Origin: Octopus sinensis
Lineage: Eukaryota
Direction: 5' to 3'
Length of the DNA: 37,322 bases
Assembly (NCBI RefSeq): GCF_006345805.1
Contig: NW_021836862.1
Location: forward strand, 1 to 37,322
Shown: positions 1-11,409 of the stretch, piece after piece
How the letters are laid out: every line of letters starts with the position of its first letter
Position numbering within the stretch: the stretch's first letter is position 1
Notes under the pieces: generated by a model
What the model was told of the DNA's origin: nothing
The model's database searches: none
What the model saw: the letters and a program-made list of their open reading frames with translations, nothing else
Position numbers and translations under genes: made by a program

Positions 1-1783
1 CTGACATAGAATTGATGCATTAAGCGAAGAATTTAATGGTACACAACCAATAAGATAGCTGATTTGGGGATCCGTTATTTTCAGAATAAGAATATTTACA
101 TATTTTTCATTACCAGCGTCAGTCTCATCCACGATTAAAAAAATTTTTTCATTAATTAACAAGCTGATTATCTCATCGACACGTCTTTCGGCCAACTCGA
201 ACCCGATAGTATTGAAAAAATTGATTAATGCAGGATTCCTTAGTTTATATAAAGGAATATTTGATTGATAATTTAAAAATTGTTAAATATAACCTAGAAA
301 AGCTGAGAACCTTCCTTCGTGTTGTCTGGATCGCCTAATTAATTATTTAATCACCTGTTTGTGATTTTCGGATAATCCTCCCGTAAATATATTATATGCA
401 GATATATAATATGGGAAAATGCTCCTGTAAATCGGTCAGTCCGTGCTGTTTCTTTAATCGCATTGTGGGCTAATCCAATAGCCTCACTCTGGGTTGTAAG
501 CATTTCGGAGTAATTGGAAATCATTATAAAAGAAAATACTGGATGTTTATTCAATTTAATACCGTGCTTTCTCCGGACCCAATTTTTGCAACTTATCTTG
601 TATAGGTTACAATAGTGTAGAAATCTATTTCAAACGTATAGATTCCTCCATTGTAAACATGTACAAGAATTACGGTCAAAAAATATAACAAGAAATCAGA
701 ATATCGATAATTGTTCTGGGAGTATAAAATTTGATAATATTCCGTTTATTAAATTATTCAACATAATTGGGTTCACTATGTTCAATCTCTTTTCGATATA
801 TTCATTTATTTTACATGTATCTTCATTTAAATCGAGTTTTCTCAGAAAATAGTATGCTTTTTGGATAGAAAAGTTCCTTGACTCAATTTCACTAAGAACA
901 CCAATGAGTAGGGAAAATTGATTTCATGTCTCCTTTAAATCATTAAGAAGTCCTTAATTTTTTATTGATTCCATTGCTCTCCGAATCAATATGGATTCTC
1001 CTTTTAGCGAATTGCATATTTCCAACACTCTGGGAAAATTTTCCTCGTAGTACTTGATTGCTCGGAGCCAGCTTCCCCATCTAGTAACAATAGGTTCTGG
1101 AGGTAGTCCTATTTCAGCAAATAGTTGCCTTCGACTATTATTTTTCAAATAAAGTCCTTTTATAGAGGCAATTAAGTTATCCACTACAGGATAATTTAGT
1201 TTTATCCTTAATGCACAATTGTGAATTAAATGTGCAATACATGTTACGTGGAATAAATTAGGATACAAATTTTTTAGTGTTTTTCCGGCTGAAATCATAT
1301 ACTTTGCCGCGTCGGTTAATAACAAATAAAAATTTTTCCTCTCAACATTTGCACATCGAATCGTATCATCCACAATCTGACATAGAATTGATGCATTAAG
1401 CGAAGAATTTAATGGTACACAACCAATAAGATAGCTGATTTGGGGATCCGTTATTTTCAGAATAAGAATATTTACATATTTTTCATTACCAGCGTCAGTC
1501 TCATCCACGATTAAAAAAATTTTTTAATTCATTAACAGCTGATTATCTCATCGACACGTCTTTCGGCAACTCGAACCCGATAGTATTGAAAAAATTGATT
1601 AATGCAGGATTCCTTAGTTTATATAAAGGAATATTTGATTGATAATTTAAAAATTGTTAAATATAACCTAGAAAAGCTGAGAACCTTCCTTCGTGTTGTC
1701 TGGATCGCCTAATTAATTATTTAATCACCTGTTTGTGATTTTCGGATAATCCTCCCGTAAATATATTATATGCAGATATATAA
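1..1783. repeat. Direct duplication with 1376-bp period (1-~410 matches 1377-1783) of the hAT-like element 5' region
   Basis: The two copies read near-identically and differ by small indels (e.g. ttcggccaactcg vs ttcggcaactcg). Confidence 0.95.
730..1720 (-). mobile_element. Degenerate hAT-like (DUF659/CGGBP1-type) transposase
   Basis: ORF 954-1508 has LLLTDAAKYM, HVTCIAHLIHN and PIVTRWGSW. Broken frames upstream give IPLYKLRNP and downstream give IESRNFSIQKAY..INEYIEKRL. Stops and frameshifts are present, and no C-terminal VERSFS motif was seen. Confidence 0.8.
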
Positions 1784-2731
1784 TGTCACCGTCCAGATGA
1801 GTCGGGGCGCCAGATCGGTTATGTATAAAATTTTTAATAAAAACTACCTTTCGGGAGTTATTTTCTTTTTCTGTTCATTCTTTTGTTGATTTTAATATTA
1901 TTTTTGCCAAGATATTAAAGTTACTGAGTTCATAAAAACCAACATCCAGTCATTTCCAGATAATTACTGTACTGATTTTACATTTTATTTAAAAACGCTT
2001 TAACCAAGGTTAGCCAAACAATTCTCAACAATAAAGTTTATTAGAAAAATCCATTTTTAATTTTTAAAAATGTTGTAAATTACTATTTTTATCATTAAAA
2101 CTCTAAAATACAATCCGGCCTACGGCCGGATGATTCAATGTGAATATTTTTCCCTATGCGGCCTTCGGCCGCGTCGAATTTGTAACAATGGCACAATTAT
2201 TTCACAATTAAGTAAATATGACACGAGAAAAAACACATGCCACATCAGTACGTCTGGCACCATAAATGGTGAGTGTCAATAAACTGTACAATTTATCACG
2301 TCCAAAGTGATTAAGATTGTGTTGAGTCTAATTTAAATAAACAAATACACTACTTCAATGAATTTTAACTTAAGTTCAGTGTCTTCGATACAAAAAAAAC
2401 GCAACTTTGAGCCATTTTTAGAAATGTAGGTGTTGTTCTCCTTGAACTAAATTTTTTGGCATATCTCCGTATTCCGTGGCCCTTTTTCCGAACTCAGGAT
2501 CACATGTGGCCTGATTTCCCAATAACTCCTAATTTTTTCGAGGGGTCTCGATTTAATTCAACCTAACCATTGATAATGCTAATGTTTCACTTTTAGATTT
2601 TTTTAAATAATTTTATTTTTTTATTATCAATAATTTTTTTGGCACTGAAAATGTTTTGTAGAAAATATTTGTTTTGGTATTTTAGATAATTGACCTGACG
2701 ATCTGGCGCCCCGCCGGTCTATACGGTGACA
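1784..2731. mobile_element. Non-autonomous TIR element A (948 bp; TGTCAC termini; 5-bp TSD TATAA); Ginger2/TDD-like by end features
   Basis: Left end TGTCACCGTCCAGATGAGTCGGGGCGCCAGATCG; right end (rc) TGTCACCGTATAGACCGGCGGGGCGCCAGATCG. TATAA lies at 1779-1783 and 2732-2736. The empty site (single TATAA at 405-409) is visible in the paralogous copy. Confidence 0.85.
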
Positions 2732-2844
2732 TATAATATGGGAAAATCCTCCCGTGACCATTTTAAACTTTATCTAAAATCAGAACAAGAAAAAGTCGCA
2801 AACTTTTATTAATTTTTTTTTGTTTGTTAAATTTACTCTCGTAC

Positions 2845-3810
2845 GTAGAGTGGCATAATTACCTCGAGTGATCACCGACTACTGGCTGCACGCCTCATTT
2901 TAAAACGACGCTTTGGAATCTCCCGAGTACTTGCAGCTCGTACACAGGACAGGAACTTGGCCGTGGAGAGCTAATGTGTTTCAGATCACACATGTATAAA
3001 GTACGATAAGAAAATACTAAAACTGTTGGACAATATTGACTTGAATGTGTCTCCCGGACTATTATGGAAGCATGTTTCGATCATAGTAAAGAAGGTTGCT
3101 GGGACTGTAATGAAAAATCGTCCAAGGAGATTCAAGAGGACTTTTGACAAAGAAATATACAAATTGGCAAAAGAACAAAGGAAACTCCCTCTCCTAATTG
3201 AATCGCCAAACTCGACCGGCGATAATGAGTCTCTTTCAAGAGAACGCAACAAAATTAAATATAAAATAAAGAAAAGAGTAAAAGAACTGGCTTGGCTTAC
3301 ACTGGATAACCTGGTAAAAGACGTCGAACGATACAAACATATGCAAAAATGTTCGCAGCAGTTAAAAAAACTATCCCGCAATACCAGACCGGAAAGAATC
3401 ATAATTTTTGATGATGCGAAAAGGCCATAATCTATCTGGAGGTAGCTCTAAGACCTCTTTGGAAAAATAAATGTTTTACCAATGTGATAGAAGTAATTTA
3501 CGCCGACGACATCGATTTAGTCTGCCGAGGCCAGAATTCACTCGAAAACTTACAAAGAGTAATCCCTCATTCGCTGGATGAATGGTCTTTGGTTGTAAAC
3601 TCAGGTAAAACAGAGAAAACACCTATATCCCTCCCGCTACTACGAAAACTGGAGAAGTAGTGAACTTTTAAGAAAGTTGGATTTCTCTTTAGGGATTCGG
3701 AGGACGTTACTCGAAGGAAAGTGCTGACTGTTGTTTCTTTCAAAAAAATATGGACGATCCGGATGAGGCGCAAGTACATAAGAACAGTTTTGAGTATTGA
3801 TTCAATGTTA
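2845..3810 (+). mobile_element. Internally deleted RTE-group non-LTR retrotransposon remnant
   Basis: APE C-terminal SDHRLL near 2870, linker ORF 3026-3430, then EVIYADDIDL (~3490) and KKVGF..DSEDVTRRK. These motifs match the element at 20918-22723. Confidence 0.7.
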
Positions 3811-3848
3811 TCCCACTAGTAAAGCCGGTCTTAATGGGCTACAAGTCT

Positions 3849-3955
3849 TATATAACATTATTAAAAAAAGAATATTGGTTTTTCAAGATCCCTTTCATAA
3901 CAGAGACTTATATATAACGTTATTAAAAAAAGTATTGCTTTTCAAGATCCTTTTC
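3849..3955. repeat. Imperfect tandem duplication, unit ~60 bp
   Basis: TATATAAC(A/G)TTATTAAAAAAAG..TATTG.TTTTCAAGATCC occurs twice. Confidence 0.8.
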
Positions 3956-6189
3956 TTTCTCTACATCCTAAAAAGGGAATCGAGTGATGAAATGTGTGCA
4001 AATCACAAAGTGCTGATTCGGGGTTAGTCATATGTTCAGGTGAGAATAATATCAAATAAAACTCAATCATACTTTTTACAGACGGGAAGTTTGGATGAGA
4101 TTAAATACCTGCCATTGACTTGCTTTAATACAATTTAAATTTCATTTCTTTAAAATCAATTTTCATTACAATAGATATTAGAGTCCGTGTTTCAACTTTA
4201 TAGGTAAAAATAAGTTTTCCAAGAGTTAGGGGCTCCCCATTTTTGTAAAATCTCTCCAGTACAAAGCCCTTGAAGAATACACTCAACGGGAGCTTTGCGA
4301 AATCACAACCACACCAGGTACAGGATTTTCCGTACTATGAGCTCGGACTTGATAGTCATTTTGAAAAGATCAAAAGTCCTCTTCCCTGTTGAATAATAAC
4401 TCATATATAACTCAGTAAGTCTCCGAGATATCTGTGCTTTACAAGCAGTTTGTGAGCCACAGATTGGATTTGCAACTTGGATCACATCCAACGACATTTT
4501 GGATGTATTCAACAAAACTTATTCTTTAATTGAATTCATATACTCCATTTATTTTATTCAAACAACTACTCCAATAAAACGATTACGCTATTGAAGATGG
4601 AATTTCTAACTTTATCCAATGGAAATTTTATTTTTCAATAAATTATACTGACTAATATTAAATTATATTTTTATACATTTAGTATTTTCAAAGAGGCACA
4701 TTGTTTTAGTGATTCGTGTGGTGCATGTATAGAAGGTCATTTACTTTTGTATTTGATTGCCAACAGCATGCAATATTATTATTGGTTTCTTGATGATTCC
4801 ATTGACATAATAATCTTAAAAACTGTTGATCTATTTCTGAGGGTTTGCGAGGTAGTTAAGGAGCAGCCACAGTCAACAAATGTCCCGCGAGAACTCACTA
4901 AGACTTAAGTTCTCTGAAATGGAGGAAGTATGATTTCATTGCAAACGTGCTAAGGCTGATGCACCAGTGTAAAGTGCATGTCATTCTGTTTGTAATACAT
5001 GGGATGGAATAAATCCCACAAGAAGTACTTAATTAGGTGTAGGTAAATCTCTACATATGCTGTCAATTGTTCTTAAGAGGACTCTGTCTTGTTTGATGCT
5101 AGCCGATCCAGTCCTACCCTGACATTTAGTCAGCAAAAGCCTCTGCCCTTCCCGAATGTCTACAGTGCCAGAGAAGAGGGGAGGAGTGGCATTCTCTGTT
5201 CACTTCGGAGGCTCTGGACTTAGGTAATTAATTAGTTAATTAGCTTCTTTTTATTAATTAAGTCAGTTAAATTAATTGTTCTATTTTTCAGGATGATTAT
5301 CTACATTGTAATCTTGCAAAAAGTAATTTTTAGTATATTAAATAATAGAATTGCATATCATCTTAGGTGGTTATTGTTTTAAGAGGAGTTTTATTGGCTT
5401 TAAAAAGACTGCGAGTATAAAAGATGACTCGTGGCCAGATATGAGGCCTAAATCAATGCATTGTGCTACATATTCCTAATTTAAAGCAAATCTCTCACGT
5501 TGATTTAATAACCTAATTCTTAATAGTGTGATCGGCCTGAGCGAGATGTCAACATGTCGTTTACATTTTCTGGCAGGGCTATTTAGGGAATTTTCAATAC
5601 TTTTGATAATAAGGCACGATAAAACGTGTTACGGAGTATTTTCTTGACGATGGAGTCCGCTATTTGCAGTTAAATCACACCTATCATGTCATTTTGACGA
5701 AATTTGGTTTTGGATGTCTCTGGTTATTTTTCAATCATGGATTAAGGAAGCATTTTGAATAGATATTTCCCCCAATGACTCAAAAACCCGAATCATTTTC
5801 ACAGGAACAGTCAATTGATATTCTACGTTTATTTTTATTTCAAAAATTGCCTCGAAGATAAGCTGGAGGTACACCATGGCGGATACAGAGTACTTAATGT
5901 AGGCCAACTAATTTGTTGGATCACTCGACGGGCTATATCAAGACCGAGACGTTATCATAACAGTTGTTGGCGTTCTTCTAGGACTTATATTTTCAATTGT
6001 AAGTCAAAGTCGTGGAGTTTGATAATATTGACGTGGCTTAGAGTGTTATTTAGGATGGTTATAAATAAAATACATTCTCCTTATTTTTAACACAAATACT
6101 GTCAAAAGACATGCCGATAATCTCGCATTCTTCAAAGAAACACTGAATCTTAATATTATGAATTTGTATCTATATTTAATAAATATAAT

Positions 6190-8640
6190 TGGTCATCCCG
6201 TCCGGGCGTTTGCCGTCCCCTCTGTCCGATCCGCCTGGTTCAAGCACGTTGGGGAAGCCAGCAGCGTTGAGAGCTCTTGAGATTACGTCGTTGATTGCTC
6301 CATGGCGAGGCGAGCGGCCTGCGCTCCGGCGGCAGGAGAGGGGATGAAGGCCTTTCACGTCCACCGTACCTCCGCATCGACAGGGATGAGGGGCGCAGAC
6401 ATCGAGCCGCAGCCGAGCTATCCCAATACGCAGTGTTTCGTTGTCTAATAGGGAACCCGTCGATGACGTTGGGTAAGCGTCGAGCCAGGATCCACTATGC
6501 TTCTGTGCTGCAGAAAGCAGGCAGGCTTGGCGGTGTTGGTCCAAGGCCGGTTGAAGCGTGGAGAACGAGTGTCCTGCCCAGATCTCGTCCCAATCCCTCT
6601 GTCTGGACATCTTAGAAGGGATCTGAAGGTTGGAATTGGTCCAGAATTCCAGTAAGTCAGCAGTCGGCAACTCCAGAGAGAGTTCGTTAAAGGGGAGTAG
6701 AACCTCTCTGACAAGCTTCTGGAAATTGAAGAGAAATATGCGTGTGGCGCCAGATCTTTAGGCGAGCGAAGACCGATCCCTCCGAACCTGACGGGAAGTT
6801 TTGCTTGAGTCCAACCGATTTCGTCAAAGGAAATGTTCAAAACTGCTTCCGTGCAGAATTTCAATGATTTTTCCAGGGAAGACAGAATGTCTGGATGCGA
6901 GTAGCATGGCAGGCAGCGGAGCGTGTACAGAAGTTTGGGCATATGTATACTGCTTTTCATGAGGAAGAAAGCAATGTGCGAGTCTAACTTCAAGAGACTG
7001 CTTGTGAGGTTATAGAATTCCATGTCCTTCTTCGCCAGATGGGCTTAGGGGCATCCGAGATTGCTTCTGATAGCTGGATTATTTGTGCACCAGTGATGAA
7101 GTCTTGGATGATCATATTGACATTCGGAAAATCCGCCTCAGGGTAGTTGAGGTTTAGGAGTTCCGATTTATTCACGTTAACTTCTAGGCCTAGGCGGGAT
7201 AGGTCTTTGGTGATGGATTCCACAGAGCCGCCAATGGTCGCGTCGTCCAGGTACCATAAATTAAATGGGGAGAGGATTGATCGTACTGCCTCGTCGATTG
7301 CTAAGGCGAATAGTAATGGTCCAAGAGGGTCGCCCTGTTGAACTCCAGTTCGGGAACGGATGACTTCGTCCCTAAAGATAAGTGAGGTTTCTTCCCCGTA
7401 CGAGAGGAAGACAAGCTGGGAAATCTCAGGAGCCCTCTCGGCGCATACCTCAATTATTCGGTCCCTCCTGACGCTGTTGAACGCGTTCCGCAGATCAAGT
7501 TTAACAGCCACGTGACGATGGAATAGAGCATCCTTTGAGAGAAAGAGAGTTCGGGCCGCGTGTACGGCAGCTTCACAGCCGTTTGGGATCCCGACTCCCA
7601 GTTGAAAAGGAGCTAGTTCGGAACTTAGGCGGGGACATACGATCCTCGAGGCCAATTTAGCAGTCAGGCTGCGAAAATAATTTCCAACAGCTATGGGACG
7701 GATTCCGCCGTCCTTCTTCCGGAATGCAAGTAGATGTGCTGAGTATGTCCCTCGCACAGTAGGGGATATCCCCATTCAGAATCTTTCCGACTAAAGCGGC
7801 TATAGCGGATATCAGAGAGTTGCCCGCCGCAGCTGCTTTTGCCAAAAGATTGAATTGAGAACTTAATTTCGTCTTCTGATAGGTTGAGCGTGCAAGACAC
7901 AGATGGGCGAGTAAGAAGCCGTAGATCAGGAGGAGGATTCGAGTGTTTGGATCTCAGGTGGGCAAGGACAGTAGGGGTTGGTTTTAACACTGTGTCGCTG
8001 TTTGAGACTATGCGAATGGCAACCGGACGTCGCCCTCGGCTAGTTTGGCACGAACTCGGTCATTCAAGTGTCCTCAAGACGCTGTGGGATTTTCTTTTTG
8101 TTATTTGAGAAGTGCTTGCAATCAGCATCAGGCAAGGTTGTTATTGGGTGGGAAGAATTCTGCTGATGTTCTCGTTAATCGATTCTGCGAGAGGAGGTGG
8201 ATTTTTCTCAGTGCGGATGGGGGTTCCGAGTTGACATCAGATTGATGAGCACTAGTTGTCTCTTTAGAGGGTTCAGGGGAGCCAGAGAGTGGGATGCAGT
8301 TCGGGAGAAGGCATGAGGGGCACGCCCATTTCGAGATAGCAGATTCAGTTTTTTTACTCAACTTGACACAGTAGAGGGGGAAAAACGGTTGCATCGAAGG
8401 CAGCGGATATCGTTTTTCCCGGGGCGGGAGGGGCTGCAGGCTTCACAAATCGAGCTCTCGCGTAGGAAATTGCGGATAGAATGGAAGATGAGATAGGAAA
8501 GAAAGAATGAGATGAAAGAGAGTGGGTTAGATAGAACGAAAAAAAGATTGAAAAGAAGTGATAAGAGAAAGAAAACAAAGAATGAAAAAGAAAATTGAAA
8601 GAGAGAATGAAAATGAACAACAACGTGAAACAAAAAGGAA
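6190..8640 (-). mobile_element. CRE-clade non-LTR retrotransposon (PHD-like finger, RT, CCHC, start of RLE), frameshifted and 3'-truncated
   Basis: Motifs: AKLAEGDVR; FRKKDGGIRPIAVGN; QLGVGIPNGCEAAVHA; KLDLRNAFNS; GVQQGDPLGPLLF; WYLDD; LPVRFGGIGLR; CRCGGTVDVKGLHPLSC; RHGAIND; KRPDGMT, after which homology stops at ~6190. Cys cluster at ~8480-8310. A CT-rich leader lies at ~8490-8640. Confidence 0.88.
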
Positions 8641-8799
8641 AGGATCTAAATTCATTAAAAAATTTCTCAACAAAATATTGTTCAAAACTTTTTTTTAATT
8701 TAAAATAACACATTTAAAAAATGAACTTTGAACAACACTTAATTATTAAATCTTATAATCCAGAAATTATATTACTAACGGATTTGCGCATTGAGAATT

Positions 8800-9990
8800 G
8801 ATATATTTAGAACTAAGCCGTTTATTTCAATTTTTGTGAAATGTCTACCCACTATACTGATGAAGTGAGACATATAGATTTGCAGATTGGCTCAACAGGT
8901 ACTGTCACGACTCAAAATAACGCAGAAAAATGGCAAAAGTTGCAGGAATTTCACAATATTTTCCTCTCAATGTCAACAATTTATTCGAATATCTGAAAGA
9001 TGGAGTCGTCTTGTGGTAAATGAAACTAGTTCTAAAATTCTAGCAAATATGTTGAGAGCATAAACTCCTCAGTGATTGATCCTCGTGCTATCAACTTTGG
9101 AGATCTCTTGATTTACCACATCCACGAGAATTGTCAGCTGGCTATCAGTGCTTCTCAGTCTTTTGGTTGCTGCACAGTCAACATTGAAAAAAAGTAGCCA
9201 TGAATTATACATTATACCAAGATATACAAAGATGAAGTATTTTCCGAGCCTGATAGACGACCTCTTGTTTCGTATTACGCAGTAATGATTCCTCTGAAAA
9301 TCACAATCACTTTGAAAGTGTTGCTCACTTCGATTACATCCACTGCGATTCCATCCTCCAGAGTAAGACTGCCGTGAATCATTTCTCCAATCTTGTGGGG
9401 AAATAGCTGTGCATGTTGCTCTGTTTATACATATCTTCTCCTGATTGAACTGTTTGGATCTCATACCTGAATTATCTTCGTTTTGGCATTTACATGGAAT
9501 TCTCATATAATTACAATTGGGGGTAAATCCTGACAAGGCGTAAGAAAAATTGAACGAACGCATAGACTAGGGATAGCTGGCATGCTTAAAAATGAGTAGT
9601 TTGCCTCTGAGCTGTGCTTGGACGAAATCTTATTTTTTAAGCAGCTGGATACCACTATGAAGATTGGAATCTGTCTCCTTTTCGGTTCACTCATATCGGC
9701 CAAACATAAATGTCAATGAACTTGATTACCACTCTTCTTTCTGTCACGGAATTGGATGCTTTCCCAGTTACTTCGTAATTCCTGATTCCACTCAAAGCTG
9801 GAACCTGATCTTTGGAAAAACGGCAGAAGAACAGACATGATGACGACCTTTTCTTTTCAAAGGAAAAATTGTCTAGTCTGGGACGCCCAGAACATAAGAA
9901 AATCTCCCGTAAGTTACGGAATCCTATCAGAAGAGGCCAAAATCAAGAAAATGCGCTAAATATTTTTATTTTGGGAACTGCAGAGTGTTT
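8800..9990 (-). other. Unidentified, probably intron-containing coding region
   Basis: Several short open segments (e.g. EESLLRNTKQEVVYQARKILHLCIS; LTILVDVVNQEISKVDS) are separated by GT..AG-bounded short spacers such as gtatgagatccaaacagttcaatcag. No family was recognised. Confidence 0.3.
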
Positions 9991-10041
9991 GTTTCCCTGA
10001 TAATCAAAATGTCTTGAATACAAGGAATCGGGTAACCTTTG

Positions 10042-10136
10042 AAGAGGGTTACTGGAGACTCATCCGAGCACCGGTATCTACCGAGTGAGTTTTCCTAGGT
10101 ATAGTCAGGGGTAATGTCATGACTATCCGGGAATAA
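10042..10136 (+). mobile_element. Short 3'-end fragment of a CRE-clade element
   Basis: Reads KRVTGDSSEHRYL..IVRGNVMTIRE* with one frameshift; homologous to 11164-11340 and 18872-18995. Confidence 0.7.
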
Positions 10137-10800
10137 GAATTTCCCCTACTTGTAAATCTACTTATTCTTAATCAATATATGACTATCCGGGTCTTGTTCA
10201 ACAGAGAAATAAAAATATTTCAACGAAATCAAATAGCTTTTTTGGCCTCCCCTTTCTATTAAAAACAGTCGTTTCTAAAGGTGTCCAAAAGCATTATTTG
10301 TAATTTTCCCTGAAATAATTTAAGATTTTATTTAAAAAAAATGATAAAAAGACGATTTCTATATTTGAGAAGTTTCTTTGTTTTAATTTTTGTTTATTCG
10401 CGTTAATTTTCTATTTGGTTGAGTCAACAGGCACGCAAAAAGCATTCTAAATCCGAATTTCTAAAACGACTTCAACAAAAAATAAAGCGTGTCGTTTCAG
10501 CAAAAAATTGCTGTTAAAGACAATTAATGTTTCACCTGATATCAAAGCTCGAAATCATTAAAGAGGGGAAAACATGAAATTTAATAATCTGCCATTATAG
10601 ATAAAAATGCTAAAGGAAAAGTATAAACGTTTGGTTTTTATGTTTTTTGGTCTTCATGGTAGTTTTTAATTCGACTAAGGTTATCGACTCTTATTTTTGA
10701 AGTATGGAAGTTATATTCCTATAGTCTTTTTAAACTAATTTTAAAATAAAACGTAAAACTTTGGCTAAATGAAACCAAACAAAATTAACGAAATCAAAAG

Positions 10801-10895
10801 AGATAGTTAAATGGTTAAATGGGTTTAGTTAAATGGGAAAAGTAACCCCATGTCATCACCTTAAAAAAAGATAAATGGTTAAATGGGTTTAGTTA
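10801..10895. repeat. Short direct repeat TAAATGGTTAAATGGGTTTAGTTA x2 with internal TTAAATGG subrepeats
   Basis: Seen at ~10808 and ~10873. Confidence 0.7.
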
Positions 10896-11163
10896 GAGTT
10901 GAAATAATTAGGTACTTTGTGGTTTGCAGACAACTCGTGCATTTCAAAATTTTTAGAATATGATGCTGAACCCTTTTCAACAATAAATCACATCAATTAA
11001 TTTACCTAGATTAAGTCGTATCATTTTATGGATACATAAAAATTTTAACAGTCACGCGCATTTCGGGTATAAGATTAATTTAAAATCAGGAACCGAGTAA
11101 ATTGCTTCTGTTGTAATTATTTTATTTTTATGATAAGCAAGAAAGAAATTAAAGATAGCTAAG

Positions 11164-11340
11164 TTAATTAAGAGACACCCGGCCAGCCTCGCGAATGGCG
11201 AAGACGTTCCCTCGGATCACAGCAATCGACAGACGTTCCAGGAGCCAAGAAAACTCTCTTGGATCGTGACTAGTCCTTGAAATCCGTCGACCGAGCGAGC
11301 GAAGGAAGCGGAGTGTCTTGGGGCCGAAGATCCCAGAGGA
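11164..11340 (-). mobile_element. 3'-end fragment of a CRE-clade element (RLE C-terminus)
   Basis: GIFGPKTLRFLRSLGRRI..DPREFSWLLERLSIAVIRGNVFAI* matches the recalled CRE C-terminal pattern RLS.A..RGN. Confidence 0.75.
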
Positions 11341-11409
11341 GTAATTAGTAATTGTAAATTGTACATAAATAACTAGTAATTTGTAATTCATATTGTATAA
11401 GTATTGATT

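Noticed and set aside
351-554. ORF with EAIGLAHNAIKETARTDRFTG, reminiscent of a proteasome beta helix
   Set aside because: The similarity is short and low, no other proteasome motifs are present, and the ORF runs into the hAT end.
4300-5220. Possible sorting-nexin PXA-like coding remnant on the minus strand (IILPP..RDI..LWLLLNYLANP)
   Set aside because: It needs several frameshifts and stops to assemble and the similarity is weak. Plus-strand splice-like signals conflict with it. It cannot be supported without an HMM search.
5560-6090. Possible membrane-protein exon (DGLYQDRDVIITVVGVLLGLIFSI followed by GTAAGT)
   Set aside because: It is a single hydrophobic stretch with flanking stops, and no family was recognised with confidence.
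8354-8713. Phe/Ser-rich ORFs suggesting a membrane protein
   Set aside because: They are translations of a low-complexity CT-rich tract, likely the CRE 5' leader.
8903-9750. Two more TGTCAC hexamers
   Set aside because: They are in the same orientation, lack the 16-17-nt terminal repeat and have no TSD, so they are not element ends.
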